From: a virus
Taxonomy: Duplodnaviria; Caudoviricetes
Strand: one strand, 5' to 3'
Virus record (IMG/VR): IMGVR_UViG_3300021431_000075
Span: 32,001-96,000 of that record
Length of the DNA: 64,000 nt
Both the position numbers and the translations under genes were made by a program. The notes beneath the pieces were generated by a model. It saw only the letters and a list, made by a program, of their open reading frames with translations. It had not been told where the DNA came from and made no database searches. Below are positions 7,939-16,022 of this stretch, piece after piece. Numbering within the stretch: position 1 is the stretch's first letter; the number at the start of each line of letters is the position of its first letter.

Positions 7939-10839
7939 ATGGCAAATTTCACATATGACGGAAAGACATATTCAGAATCCGAGATAGAACAGCTGCGCAA
8001 CCAGATCGCGCAGCTACGGACCGACATATCCACATATGAGAACAACAAGAACGGATACAAGAAGCAACTTGCTGAATTCAAGTCGAAGAAAGCAAGTTCA
8101 ACAGATGCAATAGAAACTGCCGAGATTGATGCCAAGATAACATCAATCGAGGCAGAAATCGGAAGAGTCGATGAAATCATAGCAAGCTATAGAGCAAAGA
8201 TAGGAAAATGGCAGCCGATAATCTCTGCTTATGACACATTCGCTGCAAAAACTAACGGTTCTTCCACAGAAAGAGACAGCATCAACGGTTCGTCGCAGCA
8301 GAACAATGCATCTGCATCATCTTCGTCATCGAATCCGGCTGATGCAGTTTCGGGAACATCATCATCTGCAAACAGGTCGTCAGCAGACTCAAACAACAAC
8401 ATCAACACTTCCCAAGGTTCCGTATCTGACAATGCAGCGAACTTGGGAAGCGGAAGCGGTCTTGACTACAACACAGTCAAGAACAAGGGAGTCGTATATC
8501 CAATCATAAGAATCAACGACCACTACTTCTCGTCATATGAAATCGAAGAGTTCTCGATAGAGACAGGCTTCTACAAGAACTACCATGACTGGAAAAAGTA
8601 CAAGTTTCCAAAAACCGGGTTCGTGCCTACGATGAGGCTTGTCATCACGACAACAGCATCCGACCTGTTAAAAAGGAACATCATCAAGTCCGGAGACAAG
8701 TGCGCGGTGTTCTTCTCAAGCGGCGGCGGAATCATCAAGTCGTACAGAGCGGACTATCTCATAACATCGGTTGTCACATCGGACAAGGAGACTGAAATAA
8801 CGGACAATCCTGTCACTTTCATCATAACAGGCGAACTGTTTATTCCGAACCTAAGGAACGAGACAGAGAAGTTCAACTTCAACGGTTCTTCAAGAGACGC
8901 GATGATGGACTGCGCCACAAGGCTCGGTCTCGCATTCTATTTCTGCGATCCAGATGACACGCAGGACTATCAGGGATGGATTTGTTCGAAAAACCTGCAC
9001 GACTACGCGCTTGAAGTCTCGTCGCATGCTTGGAAAGAGTTCAACGCATTCTTTGATGCTTGGATTGATCCGCGCTACGGTCTCTCGTTCATCAACATCA
9101 ACAAGATGCTTGTGGAAGACGGACTGGACGAGCCGATAGACCTGACACCGTTCATCAACATGATGAACCGTTCTGTCGGAATAGACGGAAACAAAGCGAC
9201 ATCATCGGAAGAATACAAGAAAAAACATCCACAACCGCAGGCAAAGATACTCACGAACATAACAAAAGACGACGAATCAATTACACCGTTCTATATAAAG
9301 AAGTGGAACATCGTGAACAAGGCGTCAGAAATTGCAAACGAAATCGGCGTGAACACGAAAGATGCCCTGACAATCGACAATCCGGGCATCTCGTCAGAGA
9401 ACAGCGACATAGACATGGAATATTCGATTCCGACAAACAAGACGAAACTGCAGAACGGCTTCTATGTCCTTATCGGTCCGGGCGTCAACCTGACATACAC
9501 GCAGGCTGACCAGAAGGACCCGAACATGTCATTCGTGAAGAAGTCTTACACTGTGAAAGGCGGCGGCATTGTCGAGACGATGTCAAGCGGAGACGCGGAC
9601 ATGATGAAGCAGACCGGCAACAACATGTACTCGTCCGGCAACACGAACCGTTTCTATGATGCTGGTTGGGAGCACAATATGCGAAACAACCTGCAGTTAC
9701 AGAAGCAGTATCTTGAAGTCGAACTGTCCGGACTCAACCTCGGCATCATGCGCGGAGAGAAGATTCCGGTTCTCATACTCGACCATGACAAAGTGCAGTC
9801 CTCGGCAAGAGCCAACAACTACGCGTCGAACATTCTTGAAAGCACGCTCTATGAAACAGCATCAGGATGGTACATCATCGACGGTCTCATGTATGAATGG
9901 AAAAGTGACGACAACGAAGGTCCGTCGAACTGGTGCACGAAACTCAAGCTCGTGCGCAGGGAGTGGCCTATTCCGGGCAGGGTTTCAACAGCAACAGTCG
10001 ATAACAAGACTGTAACATTCCAGACAACCGTTGATGCGACAGAGAACAACGCGCAGCTGGCAAGTTCAACAGGCTATATGCTTCCGGACATCGTCATCAC
10101 GCCGGAAAGCCAGTCAAGTTCTGTATCCGGTCTTGACTCGAACACGCAGTATGCATCAGACGGCGGTCTGCTTGACGAAGTCGTTATCAGCGCGACTGCG
10201 CCAAGACGCGCGAACGACACGGCGACAGGAACCGATGCAAAGCAAGCCCTTTCAGTTTCAGAAGAAGACATAACATCAGCCGAAGAAGTGCCGCTAACCG
10301 GACTCAAAAGCAGTCTCAAAACAGTATATTCTATGATAAAGTCGATTTGCCCGAACATCAGGCTTGTATCTGCAAGAAGATGGGCAGTTGACTTGGACGG
10401 AAAAAGAACAGAAGGAAACGCATTCGTCACAAGAAGCGGAATGTACAAGTGCGTGAATGCAAAAGGACAGGTGATGTATTTCAAGTCGAACAACTCAAAG
10501 CATCTGTACGGAGAAGCATTCGACATCATCAACGGTCCCGGACAGGACTTCAACTCGATTATGAGCAAGTACGTTATGATGAACAACCAGCTTCTTCAGG
10601 AAATGGCTCTTTCCGGAATCGGCGCTTGCATAGAACAGACTACTGACGACAGCGGAGTGGCGACAAAGCACTACCACTTCGGTACAGACAAGAACATACT
10701 GAAGCCGTTCTGGGATGCAGTGAGAGCATTGAACAAGAACCTTGACAGTGTGACATCTGCCGCGATTTCAAACTACATATCATATAACACGAGAAACGCA
10801 GCATCCGAAATCAAGAAAACGGAAATATCGGAAATTTAA
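7939..10839 (+). CDS. Large baseplate-hub/tail-associated protein with C-terminal M15-like zinc peptidase domain
   Basis: N-terminal coiled coil. The central region ends in LEVELSGLNLGIMRGEKI...SGWYIIDG...TKLKLVRRE, a hub/gpD-like beta-barrel pattern. The C-terminus has SARR...SKHLYGEAFD...HYH (SxHxxGxAxD...HxH). Confidence 0.65.
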   Translation: MANFTYDGKTYSESEIEQLRNQIAQLRTDISTYENNKNGYKKQLAEFKSKKASSTDAIETAEIDAKITSIEAEIGRVDEIIASYRAKIGKWQPIISAYDTFAAKTNGSSTERDSINGSSQQNNASASSSSSNPADAVSGTSSSANRSSADSNNNINTSQGSVSDNAANLGSGSGLDYNTVKNKGVVYPIIRINDHYFSSYEIEEFSIETGFYKNYHDWKKYKFPKTGFVPTMRLVITTTASDLLKRNIIKSGDKCAVFFSSGGGIIKSYRADYLITSVVTSDKETEITDNPVTFIITGELFIPNLRNETEKFNFNGSSRDAMMDCATRLGLAFYFCDPDDTQDYQGWICSKNLHDYALEVSSHAWKEFNAFFDAWIDPRYGLSFININKMLVEDGLDEPIDLTPFINMMNRSVGIDGNKATSSEEYKKKHPQPQAKILTNITKDDESITPFYIKKWNIVNKASEIANEIGVNTKDALTIDNPGISSENSDIDMEYSIPTNKTKLQNGFYVLIGPGVNLTYTQADQKDPNMSFVKKSYTVKGGGIVETMSSGDADMMKQTGNNMYSSGNTNRFYDAGWEHNMRNNLQLQKQYLEVELSGLNLGIMRGEKIPVLILDHDKVQSSARANNYASNILESTLYETASGWYIIDGLMYEWKSDDNEGPSNWCTKLKLVRREWPIPGRVSTATVDNKTVTFQTTVDATENNAQLASSTGYMLPDIVITPESQSSSVSGLDSNTQYASDGGLLDEVVISATAPRRANDTATGTDAKQALSVSEEDITSAEEVPLTGLKSSLKTVYSMIKSICPNIRLVSARRWAVDLDGKRTEGNAFVTRSGMYKCVNAKGQVMYFKSNNSKHLYGEAFDIINGPGQDFNSIMSKYVMMNNQLLQEMALSGIGACIEQTTDDSGVATKHYHFGTDKNILKPFWDAVRALNKNLDSVTSAAISNYISYNTRNAASEIKKTEISEI

Positions 10840-10857
10840 AAATTTTCTTGATTATAT

Positions 10858-10888
10858 TTTGTCATTTGATGAAATAATGCTACATTTG
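10858..10888 (+). promoter_or_regulatory. Bacteroidota primary-sigma promoter (-33/-7)
   Basis: TTTG (10858-10861), 19-nt spacer, TACATTTG (10881-10888), upstream of ATG 10915. Confidence 0.7.
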
Positions 10889-10914
10889 CATCCAAAATCT
10901 TTCTTATATGATTT

Positions 10915-11700
10915 ATGGCTGATAAAAGCTTGATGACATGTCTGAAATCCCATTTCGGCAAAATATACATATTGTCGCTTGTTGAAAGAGAAGACAGAAG
11001 ATATCTTATTGAAAAACAACTCAAGGCTCTCGGCATAGACGCGCCGGACTCGACTGACTACATCAGGTATTTCTATGCAACGACATTCGCGCATAACAAC
11101 ATCATAGCAAACGCATTCAACGAGTCAAATAAAGGCAAGTTCACGAAAGCAAACGAATACGACTGTGCAAGAAACCATTACGCGATGGTGAAGATTTGCT
11201 ATGTTCTCGGATGCCAGCATTGTCTGATTCTTGAAGATGACTTGCTTTTCAGGACAGAACCGAAAATACTTCAAGAATACATAGAAAATCTTCCGGAAGA
11301 CTATGACATAGCGCAGTTCGGCGGATTCACTACCGACAAGAGGATCAAGGACTATTGCGGTCATCTGAATGATGCTGCCGGAATGAACAAGTACTGGTGC
11401 AAGCACCATGATGTCGGCTTATGGACAACATCCATGTATGCAATGTCAAGACGCGGAATGGAGTTCTACATCCTGTTCATGGACAACTTCTTCTGGGTTG
11501 CAGACGGACCGATGTACAAGGCTCCGATCAACGACACACTGATTGACACATACTTGGCAAGAACACCGCTGGTTATCCAAGCGGACAAAGATATAATCAA
11601 GTCCGACATCAGAAACAAGGAAAACGACTCTATCGACTACAACAACAGCAATGTTTACGAGGAAGAGATTGACAGAAGCGACTTCTTCAACATTAATTAG
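10915..11700 (+). CDS. Glycosyltransferase family 25-like protein
   Basis: KIYILSL...EDRR, EYDCARNH, CLILEDD, DYDIAQFG, TSMYAMS and AD motifs of GT25 (Lex2B/LgtB-like). Confidence 0.75.
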   Translation: MADKSLMTCLKSHFGKIYILSLVEREDRRYLIEKQLKALGIDAPDSTDYIRYFYATTFAHNNIIANAFNESNKGKFTKANEYDCARNHYAMVKICYVLGCQHCLILEDDLLFRTEPKILQEYIENLPEDYDIAQFGGFTTDKRIKDYCGHLNDAAGMNKYWCKHHDVGLWTTSMYAMSRRGMEFYILFMDNFFWVADGPMYKAPINDTLIDTYLARTPLVIQADKDIIKSDIRNKENDSIDYNNSNVYEEEIDRSDFFNIN

Positions 11701-11760
11701 CATCATGAATGCAGTTGATAAATAGATAAATTTTTTACAAAAACGCTACTATTCATAACG

Positions 11761-12114
11761 ATGGAGTTGTATGATGAAGAATATGACGAGAACGTGATTT
11801 ATCCGATAGAGAACGACCCGGAACCGGATGAAGATGAGCAAGAACAGCAGGAAGAAGCGGAAGAACAAGAAAGAACAGTCGTCTCTTTCACGAGAGATTT
11901 CATAAACGCGGAACTCAGCATATCTGTAGAGAATGCAAAGACGGAGGTGAAGTTCATGTACAACAACATCTTGTATTCCGGAATCATCATAAAGGAGTTT
12001 CCGTCAGGAAATGATAATTATATCTTCCTTGTCGAATGCCTTGATGATAATACAGACAAGAAAGGAAAGTTCATGAAGAAGATTCACGTTCCGGACGCAA
12101 CCATCGTCAAGTAA
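11761..12114 (+). CDS. Hypothetical protein with acidic N-terminus
   Basis: 117-aa ORF behind GATAAATA at 11717-11724. Confidence 0.7.
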   Translation: MELYDEEYDENVIYPIENDPEPDEDEQEQQEEAEEQERTVVSFTRDFINAELSISVENAKTEVKFMYNNILYSGIIIKEFPSGNDNYIFLVECLDDNTDKKGKFMKKIHVPDATIVK

Positions 12115-12143
12115 CACAAACAATCACAAAAACACAAATCGCA

Positions 12144-12335
12144 ATGAGAAAACTATCTCCAAAAGTAAAAGTTTGTTCAGGCTGTCCGAAAAAGGATGCA
12201 ATTCAGCCGTTAAAAGTTCCAAACTTCAAGATAACGCTACCGGAAGAAAAGCAAGAAAGCACTGAAAAGGTAACTGTTGTCAATATGAAAAAATACAGGA
12301 ACGGCTCCAGCGGACCGACAAACACATTGTTCTAA
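12144..12335 (+). CDS. Small hypothetical protein with a CxxC motif
   Basis: 63 aa with an A-rich leader. Followed by a CAAGCAAACC...GGTTTGCTTG hairpin at ~12366-12406. Confidence 0.55.
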   Translation: MRKLSPKVKVCSGCPKKDAIQPLKVPNFKITLPEEKQESTEKVTVVNMKKYRNGSSGPTNTLF

Positions 12336-12484
12336 CTAAAATACATTCTTTCAAAAATATCTGTTCAAGCAAACCGCTATCATCAAACAAAATAGAGGTT
12401 TGCTTGTTCATTGTCTACAATGCAAAATGAAGATTGTTTTTGCTCGAAAGATAAATAAAAAAATGAGTGTATCCTTTAACTAAA

Positions 12485-13783
12485 ATGGAAACCCCTCTTT
12501 GTGGAATAAGAAACATAAACCATGAACACAGAGAAGTGCCACCTGTGATTCATATTCACAATAAAACACCGTTTGCAAACTATGACACAGCGATTGACGA
12601 GTTGAAGAAGAAGATTCTTCATCCCGGAGAAATCGCTATTGCATACTACTACAATCCTACTGCCGATGACGGCATATCAACGCTCATAGCAACCGGTCCG
12701 ATTCAACAAGGTGGATACAACGAGATATTCAAGAATGCCGCTGACATCGACAAGCTGGTAGAAGATTTCAACCTTAAGATTGACAGTCAAGAACAGCATG
12801 TCATCGACGTGACTGATGAAGCGCTTTCTGAAGTTCTCCGCAGAGCAGCAGAAATGAATGCATCGACGAAAGATGAAATATCAACCATCGTCAATTCAAG
12901 CATTTCAGAATTCACAGAGACTTTCAACACGACTATCAGCAATGTCGAGAACTCCATCAACTCAAGTTTCAACAGCCTTGTAGAGAACATAACATCAAGC
13001 ATACAGACATTGTCTGACAATGTGAACACAAGCATTGCCGAACTGTCAGAAAGCACAGATACAAGATTCCAGAGCATCGAGAGCCACATGGACTCAAGCA
13101 TCTCGACTCTTGCTTCAAGCACTAATGAGAAAATAGAGAATCTGTCAAGCAGAGTTGACGAGTTAGCAACCAGCACCAATGCAAGCTATGTAGAGATAAA
13201 CGAAAAGATACAAAACCTATCAAGTTCTATAGAGTCAAGCATCATTGAACTGTCGAACACTTTTAACGAAGAAATAGAAACACTATCAAGTTCTGTTGAT
13301 AACAGGTTCAATGACTTGCAAGCCAGCATTGATGCAAACTATGTAGAGATAGATGAAAGAATCCAGCAACTTGAGTCGCAGATAGACACAAGCATCCAAG
13401 ACTTCACAGAGAATCTGGCAGAGCGTATAGAGACACTTTCAAGTTCAGTCGATGAGAGGTTCAATGAGTTGAGCGAGCACATAGACGCAAGCTACATATA
13501 CATAAACGACATCGTCACAAACGCAGTTGAGAATCTGGATGAAAAGATAGAAAGCCTGAGTTCAAGCACATCTGACAGTTTCGAGTCTGTATATGTCGAA
13601 CTTGATACGATTCTGGAAATGCTCGGCGTCGATCCAAGCACATCCGGTTCCGGAACCATCAACAAAATCAGGGAAGATGTAGAATCCAACACGAACGCGC
13701 TGTACTGGAGACCGCTCGGCACACCGGACCCTGATTCTACCGACTATGGTTACTGGAGAGACTTGGCTGATTCTTCAAATTGA
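12485..13783 (+). CDS. Acidic S/T-rich helical-repeat (coiled-coil) protein, likely structural
   Basis: Recurrent ASYVEINEKIQNL / ANYVEIDERIQQL and IETLSSSVD units. Late-type motif at 12450-12457. ATG 12485 preferred. Confidence 0.75.
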   Translation: METPLCGIRNINHEHREVPPVIHIHNKTPFANYDTAIDELKKKILHPGEIAIAYYYNPTADDGISTLIATGPIQQGGYNEIFKNAADIDKLVEDFNLKIDSQEQHVIDVTDEALSEVLRRAAEMNASTKDEISTIVNSSISEFTETFNTTISNVENSINSSFNSLVENITSSIQTLSDNVNTSIAELSESTDTRFQSIESHMDSSISTLASSTNEKIENLSSRVDELATSTNASYVEINEKIQNLSSSIESSIIELSNTFNEEIETLSSSVDNRFNDLQASIDANYVEIDERIQQLESQIDTSIQDFTENLAERIETLSSSVDERFNELSEHIDASYIYINDIVTNAVENLDEKIESLSSSTSDSFESVYVELDTILEMLGVDPSTSGSGTINKIREDVESNTNALYWRPLGTPDPDSTDYGYWRDLADSSN

Positions 13784-13935
13784 TAACTTAACAAACTATA
13801 CTCATCCGTTTAAAAAAGAAGGATATGCTATTGTTTTGAGACATGGTAGTGATGATGAATATAAGATAGCCAGTAGAAGTAGGTTGACAAAGAAATAATG
13901 ATATAGATTACAAATAGTTTTAATTAGACAAAAGA

Positions 13936-13973
13936 AAAAGATGGCAAATTGATTAAGTTTGTCATCTTTTTTT
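13936..13973 (+). terminator. Hairpin, probable intrinsic terminator
   Basis: AAAGATGGCAAA...TTTGTCATCTTT followed by a T-run. Confidence 0.65.
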
Positions 13974-13993
13974 GTTAAATGATGTTAAAAACT

Positions 13994-14024
13994 TTTGATA
14001 TTTAAATAATTGTTTTTATCTTTG
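13994..14024 (+). promoter_or_regulatory. Bacteroidota primary-sigma promoter (-33/-7)
   Basis: TTTG (13994-13997), 19-nt spacer, TATCTTTG (14017-14024). A late-type GATAAATA follows at 14051-14058. Confidence 0.7.
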
Positions 14025-14084
14025 TTACAAAAACATATTTGTATATAATTGATAAATAATTAAATGATTTTTTGAAAAAAATAT

Positions 14085-14846
14085 ATGATAAGACAAAATA
14101 ATAGAGCTCTTTATGAGAGCATTATGAAAGACGTTGCGAAAGTTATAAAGAGAAGACTCAATGAAGGTCTTTATGACTACGTTACAACAAGTTCATATGA
14201 AGATGTTAATTCCATGCTTTCTAAAGAACGATTGAATAATCTTGAAATACATGAATACCATGAGGGTTTTGCTGTTATTGTAGATAGAGAGAATGATTGT
14301 ATGAATTACATAGATGAAGATGAAAATCTTCTTTCTGATATGTGGTTTGACGAATGTTCTTATTTTAGCGATGGATGCGGAAAAGTAATAAAAGACGACA
14401 AGATTAATTTTATAGACAAGACCGGTAGAATGCTTTTTCCTGAATGGGTTAAAATGAGTGTAGTGGATGTTTATAACTTTCATGAAGGATTTGCTGTTGT
14501 TAAAGAAAGTAAAGGCCAGTACAGATTTAATTATATTGACAAGAATGGAAGATTGCTTTCTAATCAATGGTATTTTGATGCTGGTTCATTCCATAACGGT
14601 TTTGCTAAAGTTAGTATCGGTTTAAACAGTTGGAATTATATAGACAAGAAAGGAAGATTGTTGTCAAAAGAATGGTTTGATTATTGTTGGAATTTTGGCG
14701 ATTCTGTAGATAAGAATCATGCTATTGTGTCAAAAATTGTTGATGAAAAAACATTCAAGAAAAAACGTTTTATGATAGACAAGAAAGGTAGATTGACAAA
14801 GTTTGATCGTTCAAAACAAATAGACAAACCTGTTGAATTGTGGTAA
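14085..14846 (+). CDS. Short WG-like beta-repeat protein with ALYESIM...RLNE leader
   Basis: Four repeats of N-[YF]-I-D-x-x-[GE]-x-L-L-S-x-x-W-[FY]-D...F-x-x-G-F-A-x-V type. Confidence 0.85.
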   Translation: MIRQNNRALYESIMKDVAKVIKRRLNEGLYDYVTTSSYEDVNSMLSKERLNNLEIHEYHEGFAVIVDRENDCMNYIDEDENLLSDMWFDECSYFSDGCGKVIKDDKINFIDKTGRMLFPEWVKMSVVDVYNFHEGFAVVKESKGQYRFNYIDKNGRLLSNQWYFDAGSFHNGFAKVSIGLNSWNYIDKKGRLLSKEWFDYCWNFGDSVDKNHAIVSKIVDEKTFKKKRFMIDKKGRLTKFDRSKQIDKPVELW

Positions 14847-14852
14847 TAGAAT

Positions 14853-14895
14853 AAAAAAACCCAAGAAATCAATGATTTCCTGGGTTTTTCTTTTA
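14853..14895. terminator. Bidirectional intrinsic terminator between convergent genes
   Basis: AAAAAAACCCAAGAAATC-AAT-GATTTCCTGGGTTTTTCTTTT. Confidence 0.8.
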
Positions 14896-14907
14896 TAGTC
14901 TAACTAA

Positions 14908-15459
14908 TTAGATGATAAACTCGTCCGGAATCTCCGAACCGCCTTCGTTGGCAGCCTTCTCATCATTGTCATAATCTTCGTCATCGATGGTGAAGTCTTC
15001 TGAATCGCTTTCCTTGCTGTCAGATTCCTTATCATTGCCACTCTCTTCTTCTGCATCTTCGGAATCAATATCCTCAAGACTCAGCATGTCATCATCGCCG
15101 CCTTCCAAATCTTCCTCGCCTTCATTAGACTCATCATCTTCGGAATCTTTCAAACCGAGAACAACTTCGATATCTGCACCCGGAACATAGTTCTTAAGGA
15201 AGTTCTCAACCAGTCCGCTAAGTTCAATGCAGTCCTCAATCTTCACGTTGTCAAGCATCTTTGCAATCTTCATCGCAATCTTCAAAGAGTCGATTCTAAT
15301 AGTCTCCTCATCGACTTCAGACTCGACTTCCGAACCGCTTTCGTCACCCTCGCTTACATTATCGTCCTCAACGAGAAACTCATCATCGTCAAAAGAATCC
15401 GATTCCTTGATGTACCTGTTCACTATACTGTTTCTATTATTAAACTTATTGTATTTCAT
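14908..15459 (-). CDS. Highly acidic hypothetical protein
   Basis: 183 aa, D/E-rich, with a basic N-terminus ending in YIKE. Confidence 0.75.
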   Translation of the reverse strand: MKYNKFNNRNSIVNRYIKESDSFDDDEFLVEDDNVSEGDESGSEVESEVDEETIRIDSLKIAMKIAKMLDNVKIEDCIELSGLVENFLKNYVPGADIEVVLGLKDSEDDESNEGEEDLEGGDDDMLSLEDIDSEDAEEESGNDKESDSKESDSEDFTIDDEDYDNDEKAANEGGSEIPDEFII

Positions 15460-15462
15460 GTC

Positions 15463-15744
15463 TTAAATTTCGTCATTTTTAGCGATGATGTAATTGAGGA
15501 TTATTGAAGAAATCTTCAATATGTCAACAGGAGAAGCCATTGAAGTAAGCTTCACGAACTCAAGAGCGCAATCAATACTCTTCATCTTAAGAGAGTAATA
15601 CTTCGTCGTCTGCTTTCCTATATTCGAACTTGTTTCTTCGACTTCATCTTCAAACTTGTGCAAGATGTCATCACCCGGTGTAGCAGGCTGAACATCATAT
15701 GTCACATTGTTATATTGTCGTTCCCGTTTGTTTGGAATTTCCAT
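15463..15744 (-). CDS. Hypothetical protein
   Basis: 93 aa behind the extended late-type promoter at 15773-15790. Its C-terminal helices resemble the helical core of the adjacent acidic protein. Confidence 0.7.
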   Translation of the reverse strand: MEIPNKRERQYNNVTYDVQPATPGDDILHKFEDEVEETSSNIGKQTTKYYSLKMKSIDCALEFVKLTSMASPVDILKISSIILNYIIAKNDEI

Positions 15745-15801
15745 ATAGTCTAATGAAAAACTTTTTCTTCTTTATTATAAGATATTTATCTTTGTACAAA
15801 A

Positions 15802-15978
15802 TCAAGAAGTGTACTTATCAATCGTACTTCCGCTTCCTTCCTCGTTGAAAACGACTCCGTTATCAAACCAGTAACTCTTGAGAACACTCTCACACATGTC
15901 CGAAAACTCTGCGGCATTCTCGAAACCGGCTGCTTTCGCCTTCTCGTCATCAACCTTGAATTCCATTAAAAATCTCAT
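15802..15978 (-). CDS. Small hypothetical protein (58 aa, not in the ORF track)
   Basis: MRFLMEFKVDDEKAKAAGFENAAEFSDMCESVLKSYWFDNG...TS*, behind GATAAATA at 16012-16019(-). Confidence 0.65.
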   Translation of the reverse strand: MRFLMEFKVDDEKAKAAGFENAAEFSDMCESVLKSYWFDNGVVFNEEGSGSTIDKYTS

Positions 15979-16022
15979 AGTTTCAATTATTTCTTTTTAC
16001 TAAATTTGATTTATTTATCATT

